Part shown: positions 32,112 through 42,457 of the stretch, one piece after another | Layout of the letters: the number at the start of each line of letters is the position of its first letter | Numbering within the stretch: position 1 is the stretch's first letter | NCBI GenBank assembly: GCA_963845185.1 | Contig: CAWJRG010000009.1 | Location: 544,001 to 608,000 of the forward strand | Direction of reading: 5' to 3' | Length of the DNA: 64,000 nt | From: an uncultured bacterium | GTDB lineage: Bacteria; Oederibacteriota; PGYV01; CAWJRG01 | Notes under the pieces: generated by a model | What the model was told of the DNA's origin: nothing | What the model saw: only the letters and a program-made list of their open reading frames with translations | The model's database searches: none | Position numbers and translations under genes: made by a program

Positions 32112-34104
32112 TTTCAGGAAAAGATTAATATCAATTATCTATTTATTAATTGCATTTATTTTGGTTTGGATCGCCAGTGTTAATATGGTTGCGCCCACAT
32201 TTAATTCCGACGATAGCCCGGAAACAACAGTTGCTTTTCAAACTATGGGAATTCAGCATCCTCCCGGTTATCCTCTTGACACTTTAATAGGTAAAATATT
32301 TACAATGATTCCTGTTGGTAACGTAATGTTTAGAAGCAATCTCATGGCAATGTTTTTTAATATTATAACAGCTTTTTTTATATTTATTTTTGTCAAAATA
32401 AATCTTCGCATTGATACCAAGGAAAGCCTGGTCAATTATATCTTTGCTGGGTTATCGGCTCTTTTCTATTTATTCAGTAATTCGGTTTTTTTACAATCGA
32501 CTTTTGCCAAAGGCAGTATTTACACTCTGAATTCTTTTTTTACTATTACAATAGTGGCGCTTCTATTAAATCTAAAAAAGAACATTAAATACTTTTTTCT
32601 TTTTTCGTTTTTATACGGGTTATCATTAGGCAATCACTGGCAAAGCATTATAGTGATTTTTCCGGCGGTTGCTTTTTACCTTTTTATTAACTGGAAGTAT
32701 TTAAACGCAGGAGCCATTGTTAAAAGCATTTTTTTCTTTATGATTGGGATTTCAATCTATATTTTTATTTTTATAAGAAGCACGGAGCAGCCAATTTATT
32801 CATGGGGGGATATTAAAAGCCTTAAGGATTTTATTTGGCTGATAAGTAGAGCCCAGTATTCTACAGTGGAAGGAGTACATACAATACATAACACAATAAA
32901 TTTATTAAGGTTCTATATTAATGACCTTTTTTCGAGTCAATATCCATTTTTTATTGCCATATTTTTATTCCCGGGAGGTTATTTTCTGTTAAAGAAATTG
33001 CGAACAGAAACAATTACGATCTTAATTGCTTACTTATTCCTCATCGCAAGCGTAGTAAGGTTTGCAACACCGCCGCCGAATACGGAATGGCTTATTAAAG
33101 CATATTTAATTTCGTCCTATATTTTTATTGCAATATTCATGTCAGCAGGAATATGTTATATAATAAATTCCATAAAAGGATTAAGTAATATAGTAAAACT
33201 TTCAGTTTATTTGTTGGTAACTGTTATTATTATTATTTCGCTAAGGCTTCATGTGCCTGATTATTCACGATATTTTATAGGGTATGATTATTCGGAAAAT
33301 ATTGTTAAAAGTATGCCCCAAGGTTCAATATTTATTGCTGAAGGAGACATGAATATCGGAGCGGCGCTCTATGAACGTTTAATCAAAAAGGAAAATTTTA
33401 TATCCATAATACCTGTTGTACTTGGTTATTCGTGGTACCGAGATCAATTGATGCGTATTTATGATGGTGATTTAAAGCTTGCGCCGCTTGCGCCCAATAT
33501 GATAGAGGAGCTTAATAATATTATGATGAATAACAAGGAAAAGAATATTTATTATTCTAATGTGTACACAAAAGAATGGCAAAAACTTTTACTGAAACCT
33601 GAGGGAATCGTTTATAAGGTCTTGACGGATACCTCGATTAAAAACTATGTCAGCGATGCAAATTTTAATATCTACTCGTACAGGGGTATTATTGATAATG
33701 GGGTAAAATACGATGATTTTACAAAAAGGCTCGTTGTCGAAAATTATGGGGTTAGTTATTATATGACAGGCGATATTTTTAGGAAATCAGGCAGGAATGA
33801 TGTGGCTGTAAAATTATATAAAAATGGCTTTGTTTTTTTGCCGAGCGATTCTGCCTTGCTTAATATAGGTATTTGTTATTACACCATGAAAGATATGCCA
33901 AACGCTGAAAAATACTGGAGGGAAGCATTAGAATTGAACCCACGCTTGTCTGTTGCTTATTCAAACCTAGCTTTCATTTATTTAAATAAAAATGAAACTG
34001 CGAAAGCCTTAGAATATGTTGATAAAGCTTTGGAATATGACCAAAATAATTCGTCTGCACGCCAGTTAAAAGACGTGCTTAATAAAGCTGGTATTCATAG
34101 ATAA
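32101..34104 (+). CDS. DUF2723/TMEM260-like GT-C glycosyltransferase with C-terminal TPRs
   Basis: DDSPE...GIQHPPGYPL, LGNHW, WGD, EGD, TPR repeats. Confidence 0.85.
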   Translation: MQTNFRKRLISIIYLLIAFILVWIASVNMVAPTFNSDDSPETTVAFQTMGIQHPPGYPLDTLIGKIFTMIPVGNVMFRSNLMAMFFNIITAFFIFIFVKINLRIDTKESLVNYIFAGLSALFYLFSNSVFLQSTFAKGSIYTLNSFFTITIVALLLNLKKNIKYFFLFSFLYGLSLGNHWQSIIVIFPAVAFYLFINWKYLNAGAIVKSIFFFMIGISIYIFIFIRSTEQPIYSWGDIKSLKDFIWLISRAQYSTVEGVHTIHNTINLLRFYINDLFSSQYPFFIAIFLFPGGYFLLKKLRTETITILIAYLFLIASVVRFATPPPNTEWLIKAYLISSYIFIAIFMSAGICYIINSIKGLSNIVKLSVYLLVTVIIIISLRLHVPDYSRYFIGYDYSENIVKSMPQGSIFIAEGDMNIGAALYERLIKKENFISIIPVVLGYSWYRDQLMRIYDGDLKLAPLAPNMIEELNNIMMNNKEKNIYYSNVYTKEWQKLLLKPEGIVYKVLTDTSIKNYVSDANFNIYSYRGIIDNGVKYDDFTKRLVVENYGVSYYMTGDIFRKSGRNDVAVKLYKNGFVFLPSDSALLNIGICYYTMKDMPNAEKYWREALELNPRLSVAYSNLAFIYLNKNETAKALEYVDKALEYDQNNSSARQLKDVLNKAGIHR

Positions 34105-34138
34105 AAGCAAGGCATCAAAAATCAAAAGGAAACATAAA

Positions 34139-36226
34139 ATGAGAATAATTTTCGCTTTTATATCGTTGATAATATTTTTTGTTTTCCTTAGAACAGCGCC
34201 ACCTACAATTTACCTTGGCGATAGCGGCGAAATCGTAGCTGCCGCATATAATATGGGTATAGGTCATCCACCGGGCTATCCTTTATTTATGCTTGGGGCT
34301 AAAATAGCTTCTTTTGTGCCATTGGGTGATATTGGTTTCAGAATTAATCTTTTTTCTGTTTTTTTAGGCATACTTTGTTTTCTGTTATTTTATTTAACAG
34401 GCGTCGAATTTGTAAAATTCCTCTTTAAAATAAATAAAAAAGGGATACTGCCTGTTAAATTAACAGCACTTGCCTTGGCGCTTATATATACCTTTTCAAA
34501 TATTTTTTGGTTCCAGGCAGTTCATGCAAAAGGCGCTATATATACCTTTATGCATCTCGCAGTCTTACTTGCCATTTTTGTAGTTTTAAAATTTAAAACA
34601 ACAAAAGAAAATAAATATTTTTATCTTGCTTTTTATTTGGCCGGCTTTTTAACCGTTGTTCACCAATCAACGCTGCTTTTTACGGTTTTTATAGTTGCCA
34701 TTCTACTGGCAGACAATATAAAAAAATTATATTATAAACGAACTTTTTTAGGAATACTGTTTTTTTTGACAGCAGCGATCTCGCCGTATCTATATTTATT
34801 TATCAGAATGAAAACCAGGGCTGCTGTTCAGTGGTCAAATATAAGCACATTTTCTCAGCTAATCAGCCATATTTTAAGAAGAATTTATTTTCCTAACAGT
34901 AGTTATATTTGGGTTTTACCAGATGTTCTGATTTTCAGGCTTAAATACTATATGGAGGAATGTGTTAGAAATTATAATATATTAGTAATATTTTTTTTAA
35001 TCGGGCTTTTTATTTTATACAAAAAAAACAAAAAATTGTTTATAGGTATATCCGGATTTCTTGTTTTAAACTATACTGCGCTTGTTTTAGGCGTTAACAC
35101 GGTCGCCGGTTTTGCGCCGAATTCCATATCACCATTTTTTATGTATACAACAAAAAATTTTTACATGATGAACGAGATTCTAGCCATGATTATTAGTATT
35201 GCTGGACTTTATGGAGCTGTTGAATTATTCATACGAAACGACAATTCAAAAAAAACACCATTGTTTATATTTTTGTTTATGGTACCTGTGGCCATGGTTT
35301 TGGGTAATTATAAATTAAACGACCTTTCCAGGAATTATCTTACCTACGACCGTGCAGAAAATATTTTTAAAACACTGAAAAACGGTGATATTTTATTTGC
35401 GAATGAAGATTTTGATGTATTTTCAATACTTTATACTCAATATGTTAGGCGCGCTTATAGAAATATACGCACAATTGACATGGCTGGAACTTTTCTGGAC
35501 ACATCAATATACAAAGATTTGAAAAACTCCGAAATAAAAGTTGTTTTTAATAATAAGGTGCCGGGAGCTGAGAAGTTCAAGTTTCAGCTAACACAGATGA
35601 TTAAAAATAACGCCGAATTGGATATTTTTAAACAAAACCCTAGAAAAGTTTACTATGCTTCTTTTACCGAATATACAAAAGAAAAATTCAGGACTAAGCC
35701 ATATAGCGTAATATTCAAATTATATAAAGAAGATGAAAAAACTCCTGATTCGGAACGATTACTAAAATTTTGTTCAATAAGAGACTATTACAACAATAAG
35801 AACCTGGATTTATATTGTAAGGATGTACTGGCTAGGTATTTTTTGCAGAAAGCGCGATTTGCAGCTGTAAATAGCGATATTGAGGTCTTTGAGAAGTATC
35901 GGCAGGTAGCTGAGGAATTGGCAGGCGAATGCGGTGACATATTAAACCTTATATGTTCAATTTACCTATATGATCTAAAAAAACCGGAATATGCTGTAAA
36001 ATATATGGAAAAAATTCTAGAATTGGATCCTTATGATTATAAATCCTTAAATGTTTTAATAAAACTCTGCATGGAATACGATCCGGAAAAGGCAATTGAA
36101 TGGCTAAAATATTTATATTCCAAAATAGATGACGAACAGCAAAGGAATAACATTTTAGTAACGATAACCAAAATAAAAGAAATGCTAGAAAAGGAAACTA
36201 ATGGAGCCGGAAGTAACCTGCATTAG
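34139..36226 (+). CDS. DUF2723/TMEM260-like GT-C glycosyltransferase with C-terminal TPR-like region
   Basis: YLGDSGE...GIGHPPGYPL, FRINLFS, FWFQA, YLYLFIR. Confidence 0.85.
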   Translation: MRIIFAFISLIIFFVFLRTAPPTIYLGDSGEIVAAAYNMGIGHPPGYPLFMLGAKIASFVPLGDIGFRINLFSVFLGILCFLLFYLTGVEFVKFLFKINKKGILPVKLTALALALIYTFSNIFWFQAVHAKGAIYTFMHLAVLLAIFVVLKFKTTKENKYFYLAFYLAGFLTVVHQSTLLFTVFIVAILLADNIKKLYYKRTFLGILFFLTAAISPYLYLFIRMKTRAAVQWSNISTFSQLISHILRRIYFPNSSYIWVLPDVLIFRLKYYMEECVRNYNILVIFFLIGLFILYKKNKKLFIGISGFLVLNYTALVLGVNTVAGFAPNSISPFFMYTTKNFYMMNEILAMIISIAGLYGAVELFIRNDNSKKTPLFIFLFMVPVAMVLGNYKLNDLSRNYLTYDRAENIFKTLKNGDILFANEDFDVFSILYTQYVRRAYRNIRTIDMAGTFLDTSIYKDLKNSEIKVVFNNKVPGAEKFKFQLTQMIKNNAELDIFKQNPRKVYYASFTEYTKEKFRTKPYSVIFKLYKEDEKTPDSERLLKFCSIRDYYNNKNLDLYCKDVLARYFLQKARFAAVNSDIEVFEKYRQVAEELAGECGDILNLICSIYLYDLKKPEYAVKYMEKILELDPYDYKSLNVLIKLCMEYDPEKAIEWLKYLYSKIDDEQQRNNILVTITKIKEMLEKETNGAGSNLH

Positions 36227-36438
36227 GCTGAAATATTTTTATAGTTATGTATATCCGGATGCCAAAGGGCATAGGAGACTACATAAATATTTTTTTAAAT
36301 AACTGCAGAATGCAATAAATACATTATATAAAGGTGCAATTGGCGAAAAATTAGCTGCGGAAATAAAAGAACGGCTAACATACTGGTTTATTCTGCATAT
36401 CCGGAAAAGTGGCATAAAACTCAGTTCATATGTGTTGA

Positions 36439-36462
36439 AAAAGCAGCTCCTATGCTGCTTTT
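36439..36462. terminator. Hairpin, possible bidirectional terminator
   Basis: AAAAGCAGC-TCCTAT-GCTGCTTTT perfect 9-bp stem. Confidence 0.6.
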
Positions 36463-36480
36463 AAGCTAAAAACATGCATA

Positions 36481-36509
36481 TTGACAAAGATTTAAATAGC
36501 GGATATAAT
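36481..36509 (+). promoter_or_regulatory. Consensus sigma70 promoter
   Basis: TTGACA-17 nt-TATAAT. Confidence 0.8.
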
Positions 36510-36546
36510 TAGCCCATAAAATTTCGGAAAATGAGGAGGCATATAA

Positions 36547-37002
36547 ATGAAGATAGGACATGCAGTAAAAATAACAAATCTTGATTACTTTAACGATCCT
36601 AACGCTAAAAAAAGAAGCAAATCATTGGTTGGGAAAGTAGGTAAAATAGTCAATATTACGCTTGGTGTTTTTAAGGTGCAATTTGACGACGGCGAGGTTG
36701 ATTTTTTTGACGGAAGGGAACTTGAATTCGCTGAAAAATTGGAACCAAGGGCTATTGACCTTGTTTTTGTATCCTGGCAAAAAGAGGGAAAAAGCGTATA
36801 CGACACAGAAGAGGGCGACAAACTTTTTATAGGTGATTTTCATCATGGAACAATTTTTAAAGGAACTATTGAACTTGACGAAGAAGAAACAAGTAGAATA
36901 AAACAGGCTTGGAAAGCAGGAATACATCCTGTTTTTGATATAAGGGTAAGGGAAGAAGATGACAAAAGAAAAAACAGGCGGGAAGATAAGCCTAATTCCT
37001 GA
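36547..37002 (+). CDS. Hypothetical protein (SH3/KOW-like N-terminal half)
   Basis: Consensus promoter and GAGGAGG RBS; GKVGKIV...FKVQFDDGE pattern. Confidence 0.7.
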   Translation: MKIGHAVKITNLDYFNDPNAKKRSKSLVGKVGKIVNITLGVFKVQFDDGEVDFFDGRELEFAEKLEPRAIDLVFVSWQKEGKSVYDTEEGDKLFIGDFHHGTIFKGTIELDEEETSRIKQAWKAGIHPVFDIRVREEDDKRKNRREDKPNS

Positions 37003-37090
37003 TAGAATTTTGGCTGCTAATCCCTTTTGAAAACCGAAATCCTTTAAATATTTCAAATATAATGAATATAAATTTTGTATATTATTTAGT

Positions 37091-37167
37091 GGGCGCATAG
37101 CTCAGTTGGTTAGAGTATCAGCTCGACAAGCTGAGGGTCACTGGTTCGATCCCAGTTGCGCCCACCA
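37091..37167 (+). tRNA. tRNA-Val (GAC)
   Basis: GGGCGCA/TGCGCCC acceptor stem, D arm, TCAGC-TCGACAA-GCTGA anticodon arm, GGTTCGAT T loop, encoded CCA. Confidence 0.95.
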
Positions 37168-37189
37168 TAATTTAATAGGAGACAATACA

Positions 37190-39304
37190 ATGAAATTTAA
37201 GATTAACTTGAATGGTAAATGGAAATTCAAAGTTCAGGGTAAAGAAACAAAAATTAAGGTGCCATCAAACTGGTATTTGCAGGGGCATGATATTTTCGGC
37301 AAAGCAGAGTACTCGAGGGATTTTATAGTTAAAAAAATCAAATCAACTAATTATTTTGTTATTTTTGACGGTGTTGATTATTTCACCGATGTCTATATCA
37401 ACAACAAGCCGGCAGGCAGGCATGAAGGGTATTTCCAACGATTCAGATTTGACATAACAAAATTGCTGAAAGATGGAAAGAACGAAATAAAAGTTATTGT
37501 CGATTCTCCCAAGGAATCTGAAGAAATATGGCCAGATAAAAAGATACTTATCAAGGGCATATTTAACCATCACGATACCAGGCCGGGCTCATGGAGTAAA
37601 AAATTCGGGCAGGATAAAAATACAGGCGGTATATGGAATAATGTTTATATTACTGCAGTTAATTCTGTTGAGATTGAAAGAGTCAAGATAACGCCTTTGT
37701 TAAAAGACGATGAAAATTGGAATGTGTCGCATGAATTGCTTATAAATAATTACACAGGAAAAGCACTGGAATGTGCAATAAACGCGCTGATTGTCTCGGT
37801 TAATTTCAGGGGAGCTTCAAAAGAGATTAAAAACAGCGTATTGCTGCAGCCCGGTGTGAATAAAATCCAATTAAGTAATGACATGAAAAATCCGGCTTTG
37901 TGGTGGACCTGGGATTTCGGCAAGCAGAATCTTTATAAGTTTACTTACCTTATTAACGCAGGAGGTATTAAAGACAGTTATTCGGACATCAGCGGCATAA
38001 GGGAATTTAAACGCAGAGAGGACAAGTGCTGGTATTTAAACGGCAAAAGAATATTTCTGCGCGGAACGAATATCATACCTACGCAGTGGCTTTCCGAATA
38101 CACCAATGCCAAGATAAGAAAAGACGCTGAACTTTTAAAAGGTGCTAACATGAATATAGTGAGGATTCATGCCCACGTCAACAGGGAAGAACTTTACAGG
38201 GAAATGGACAGGGCAGGCATTATGGTGTGGCAGGATTTTGCCCTTCAGTGGGCATATGAAGAAACCGAGGAATTTACACGCAATGCATCAGCACAGATAA
38301 AGGACATGGTAAACCAGCATTATAACAGGCCTTCGATAACAATTTGGTGCTGCCATAACGAGCCGTTTGTTAATTTAAAACAACTCGACCCTGTTCTTGT
38401 GACAAAAGTAAGGGAAGAAGACCCTGTGAGATATATTGAAAAGGCTTCGGATTTCGGACAGCATTTTTATCCTGGCTGGTATGTTGACGCGACGCCCGGG
38501 AATTTCAGCAGGGACATGTTGAATGCGAAAAAACAGCTGCTTGCATCCGAATACGGGGCACAGGCACTGCCTTGCCTTGCCTCCATGAAAAAAATATTCA
38601 AACCGTGCGAGCTTTTTCCTCCTGACCTGGAAAAGTGGATGTACCATGATTTCCAGCCAGAACAAACATTTAATCAGGCTCACATTAACATAGGAAAAAA
38701 TATAAGTGAATTTATCGAAAATTCCCAGCAGTACCAAGCAGATCTTTTAAAAGATATTACCGAGACATTCAGGAAAGCAAGGTACGAAGTTGTCGGCGGT
38801 TTGCTGCAGTTTATGTTTTCCGAATGCTGGCCGTCTATAGCATGGGGGGTTGTCGATTATTTCAGGGTGCCTAAAAAAGGATATTATTATTTAAAAACAG
38901 CTTTTCAGCCGGTTTACCCCGGATATGTGCTGACAAGAAAAAACAAGTCAAAAGGAGAAAGAATAAGCTGGGGGACTTTATGGGATTCATTTTTTATAAT
39001 AAACGACCTTCCTTATCCGTTGAAAAATATTACTGCGAGAATGAAGTTTATTGATGCAAAAGGGAAAGTTTATTATGATGTTAAAAGTGTTGCGAAAAAT
39101 ATTCAGGCAGATTCCATGATTTATCCTTTTGAAGAAAAAGAGTTGCGTGCTGGAGAAAGGGACTCCTTTGAGATACCTGAAGATTCGGCTGCAGGCCAGC
39201 ATAAAATTGTAATTGATTTATACGACAAGAGGAATAAAAAAATGGCGCATAATTATTATGATTTTTTTGTTAATGAGCACTATGTGGCTCATAAATACAG
39301 ATAA
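37190..39304 (+). CDS. Glycoside hydrolase family 2 (beta-mannosidase-like)
   Basis: LNGKWKF, FDGVDY, NIVRIHAH, WQDF, WCCHNEP, SEYGAQ; start at ATG 37190 after AGGAG (the track start 37106 lies inside the tRNA). Confidence 0.9.
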   Translation: MKFKINLNGKWKFKVQGKETKIKVPSNWYLQGHDIFGKAEYSRDFIVKKIKSTNYFVIFDGVDYFTDVYINNKPAGRHEGYFQRFRFDITKLLKDGKNEIKVIVDSPKESEEIWPDKKILIKGIFNHHDTRPGSWSKKFGQDKNTGGIWNNVYITAVNSVEIERVKITPLLKDDENWNVSHELLINNYTGKALECAINALIVSVNFRGASKEIKNSVLLQPGVNKIQLSNDMKNPALWWTWDFGKQNLYKFTYLINAGGIKDSYSDISGIREFKRREDKCWYLNGKRIFLRGTNIIPTQWLSEYTNAKIRKDAELLKGANMNIVRIHAHVNREELYREMDRAGIMVWQDFALQWAYEETEEFTRNASAQIKDMVNQHYNRPSITIWCCHNEPFVNLKQLDPVLVTKVREEDPVRYIEKASDFGQHFYPGWYVDATPGNFSRDMLNAKKQLLASEYGAQALPCLASMKKIFKPCELFPPDLEKWMYHDFQPEQTFNQAHINIGKNISEFIENSQQYQADLLKDITETFRKARYEVVGGLLQFMFSECWPSIAWGVVDYFRVPKKGYYYLKTAFQPVYPGYVLTRKNKSKGERISWGTLWDSFFIINDLPYPLKNITARMKFIDAKGKVYYDVKSVAKNIQADSMIYPFEEKELRAGERDSFEIPEDSAAGQHKIVIDLYDKRNKKMAHNYYDFFVNEHYVAHKYR

Positions 39305-39356
39305 TGTAAGCTTGGATTGAAAAAAACCTTTATTCAAAACTTAAATAGAGGCAGAT

Positions 39357-40571
39357 ATGGCAACGGATGATACAAAAAAATCAATACAGTTGTTAATGCT
39401 TTTCGGGCTTATAAGTCTTTTTGGGGATATTGTATATGAAGGTGCAAGGAGCGTAAATGGTCCATACCTTAAAACCCTTGCCATGAACGCAGCGATGGTA
39501 GGCTTTATAACCGGGCTTGGGGAATTCGCCGGTTACGCGCTGCGTCTTTTGACAGGCTTTTATTCCGATAAAACAAAAGCTTACTGGTTTTTTACTTTTT
39601 TGGGTTACGGTCTTATAATTGCAATACCAATGCTTTCCTTGACCGGTGTATGGCAGATAGCGGCTGTTTTAATGGTCATGGAAAGGGTTGGAAAGGGAAT
39701 AAGGGCGCCTGCCAAAGATTCCATCGTGTCAAGCGCGGCAAAAAGAATAGGCACAGGTAAGGGGTTTGCAATACAGGAGGTTATGGACCAGTTTGGCGCG
39801 ATGATTGGGCCGCTTATTTTCGCAGGATATTTTGCGCTGACCGGAGGCGGTTCGAAAAACGCACTGGACTACAGGCACGCTTACGGTCTGTTCTGGATTC
39901 CATTTCTTCTTGTTATGTTCTTTGCCGTAATTGCTTATACACGCGTGCCTGACCCGAGTAAACTGGAGCCTCCAAAGAAGGCGCAGGAACCGGACCGCAT
40001 AACAAAACTTTTCTGGATTTATAATATATTTTCTTTTATTACATCGCTTGGTTTTATAAGTTATGCCTTAATCGGTTTTCATTTTAAAGCGGATAACGTG
40101 ATAAGCGATGCCATGATACCTGTATTTTACGCAATCGCCATGGCAGTTGACGGCGCGGCAGCTTTTATAATCGGAAACTTATATGATAAAATAAAAGATA
40201 AATCAGGGCATCCCGGCGGCGGTCTTACAACCCTTATAATGATACCACTGCTTTCCGCAATCATTCCTTTTCTTGCTTTTACGAAGAGCGCATATCTTGC
40301 ACTTGGGGCAGCAGTATTGTGGGGTATAGTAATGGGCTCGCACGAAACCATAATGAAAGCAGCCATCGCAGATATAACACCTATTAAGAAAAGGGGCACT
40401 GGTTATGGAATATTTAATTTTTCCTACGGCATGGCAATGCTTGCGGGCGGTTATCTTGCCGGCCTTATGTATGATATTTCCATACCTGTTTTATGCTGGG
40501 CGGTCGCAGGCCTGCAGACAATAGGTCTTGGTATGTTTTTTGTTATGAAAAAAGAAATACAGAGTAATTAA
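39357..40571 (+). CDS. MFS transporter
   Basis: About 12 TM helices, DIVYEGARS, ERVGKGIRAPAKD. Confidence 0.92.
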   Translation: MATDDTKKSIQLLMLFGLISLFGDIVYEGARSVNGPYLKTLAMNAAMVGFITGLGEFAGYALRLLTGFYSDKTKAYWFFTFLGYGLIIAIPMLSLTGVWQIAAVLMVMERVGKGIRAPAKDSIVSSAAKRIGTGKGFAIQEVMDQFGAMIGPLIFAGYFALTGGGSKNALDYRHAYGLFWIPFLLVMFFAVIAYTRVPDPSKLEPPKKAQEPDRITKLFWIYNIFSFITSLGFISYALIGFHFKADNVISDAMIPVFYAIAMAVDGAAAFIIGNLYDKIKDKSGHPGGGLTTLIMIPLLSAIIPFLAFTKSAYLALGAAVLWGIVMGSHETIMKAAIADITPIKKRGTGYGIFNFSYGMAMLAGGYLAGLMYDISIPVLCWAVAGLQTIGLGMFFVMKKEIQSN

Positions 40572-40625
40572 GTTACGTAGGTTTTATTACAGTATGGCTT
40601 CATCATAATGTATAAAGGGGATTAA

Positions 40626-41897
40626 ATGCCAACAACAGAACAGATTAAAAAATTATTAAAAACTGGATTAGACTCAAAAACTTTTTATTTAATAAAAAAA
40701 ACAGGCGCTTTTGCCGATAAAGAAGGCATAAAAGCATATATTGTCGGCGGCATGGTGCGCGATATGCTCCTTAAAAGAAAAACACTTGATATTGATATAG
40801 TTGTCGAAGGCGATGGTACTGAATTTGCGAGGCGCCTTGCCGACAGTTTACGTGGAGCATATAAGAAATTCGACAAGTTTAAAACAGCAAAAATTTTCCT
40901 CAAAAACAGGCGGATAGACATAGCGAGCGCAAGGACTGAGATATACGCAAACCCTGCTGCTCTGCCTGACGTTGATTTTACTGATTTAAAAAAAGATTTA
41001 TTCCGTAGGGATTTTACAATAAATGCCATGTCTGTATGCATTAACAGGGGAAGATTCGGCGAGTTTATAGATTATTTTTACGGGTATAAGGATTTAAAAA
41101 CAGGAATTTTAAAAACGCTTCATGATAAAAGTTTTATGGATGACCCTACACGGATACTGAGGCTTGTTAGGTTTGAAACGAGGTTTGATTTTAAAATAGA
41201 GCATAAGACTTTGTTGCTTTTAAAAGATGCGCTAAAAAAAGATATATTTGACATAGTGCCGGGAGAAAGGTTAAGAGACGAGATTTTGATATTGCTCGAC
41301 GAAAAAGATCCGTTAAAAGCATTGTTGCGGCTTCAACAGCTAAAAATACTAAAAAAATTAAATAAAAATTTCTTTATAGATTCAAATACAATAAAATTAT
41401 ATAAAAAATTGGAAACTATAAAATTCAGGGAAACCGAAAGCGATTCCATTATTATTCTCTTCATGGTTTTTACAACGGAACTGGATATTAAATCTATCAT
41501 TGACTTATTAAACAGATTAAAATTCAGCAATGACTGGAAAAAGATAGTGCTTGATGCTAAGCGTGATAGTGCCAGGGTTTTAAAGAGCCTCGATGCTAAA
41601 AAAATAAGAGACAGCAGAATATATGATTTGTTAAAAAAATATAGGATTGAAACCCTGCTTTATTTTGCTTTAATTTCAGACAATAAAAAAGTAAATGACA
41701 GGATAAAACTATATATTAAGGTTTTAAAAAACTCCAAGATTGCCATATCCGGAAAAGACCTTAAGGATATGGGCGTAAAAGAAGGGCCAAAATACGGCAA
41801 GATACTTGATAAAGTAATGGCAGCAAAAATCGACGGAAAGGTAAAAGGAAGAGCGCAGGAGCTAGCACTGGCCGGGAGATTATTTAAAATTGAATAA
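40626..41897 (+). CDS. tRNA nucleotidyltransferase (CCA/A-adding family)
   Basis: VGGMVRD...DIDIVV, ARTEIYANPAALP, DLFRRDFTINAM, DDPTRILR. Confidence 0.9.
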   Translation: MPTTEQIKKLLKTGLDSKTFYLIKKTGAFADKEGIKAYIVGGMVRDMLLKRKTLDIDIVVEGDGTEFARRLADSLRGAYKKFDKFKTAKIFLKNRRIDIASARTEIYANPAALPDVDFTDLKKDLFRRDFTINAMSVCINRGRFGEFIDYFYGYKDLKTGILKTLHDKSFMDDPTRILRLVRFETRFDFKIEHKTLLLLKDALKKDIFDIVPGERLRDEILILLDEKDPLKALLRLQQLKILKKLNKNFFIDSNTIKLYKKLETIKFRETESDSIIILFMVFTTELDIKSIIDLLNRLKFSNDWKKIVLDAKRDSARVLKSLDAKKIRDSRIYDLLKKYRIETLLYFALISDNKKVNDRIKLYIKVLKNSKIAISGKDLKDMGVKEGPKYGKILDKVMAAKIDGKVKGRAQELALAGRLFKIE

Positions 41898-41899
41898 AA

Positions 41900-41928
41900 G
41901 TAGAGACGTTGCGCCGCAACGTCTTTAC
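41900..41928. repeat. GTAG-headed REP-like palindrome
   Basis: GTAGAGACGTTGCG-C-CGCAACGTCTTTAC. Confidence 0.75.
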
Positions 41929-41956
41929 TGTAATGGTTTTATGAAGGAGGTTGAAC

Positions 41957-42457
41957 ATGGAAACATTTAATGCAATCAAAGGCAGGCGCAGCATAAGAAA
42001 GTATAAAAAGGGGGCAGTTATTGATAAAAAAACACTTGAAGAAATTGTTGAGACAGGAAAGTATGCGCCAAGCGCAAGAGCGGAATATCCTTGGCAATTT
42101 ATAATCATCACTGAACCGGATCGTATTAAAGAATTAACTAAAATAGTTGGTCAGTACGGCAAATTTATGGTAAATGCTGCGGCTTCCATAGTTGTAACTA
42201 GCAAAGACGCGAAATATTATCTCGAGGATGGCTCGGCCGCGACACAGAATATACTGCTTGCCGCGTACGCAAAAGGCATAGGAACATGCTGGATTGCAGG
42301 CGATAAAAAGGATTATTGCCCAAAAGTGATGGAATTCATCAATGCGCCTGCAGGCTACAAACTTGTCAGCATAATATCAGTAGGCGTACCTGACGAAAAA
42401 CCCAAGAAACTGAAACCTAATAACAGTGAAATAATACATTGGGAAAAATTTAAATAA
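41957..42457 (+). CDS. Nitroreductase family protein
   Basis: RRSIRKY, APSARAEYPW, ATQNILLAAYAKGIGTCWI. Confidence 0.93.
   Translation: METFNAIKGRRSIRKYKKGAVIDKKTLEEIVETGKYAPSARAEYPWQFIIITEPDRIKELTKIVGQYGKFMVNAAASIVVTSKDAKYYLEDGSAATQNILLAAYAKGIGTCWIAGDKKDYCPKVMEFINAPAGYKLVSIISVGVPDEKPKKLKPNNSEIIHWEKFK

Noticed and set aside
37106..37189. N-terminal extension of the GH2 ORF
   Set aside because: Overlaps the tRNA; a proper RBS and ATG lie at 37190.
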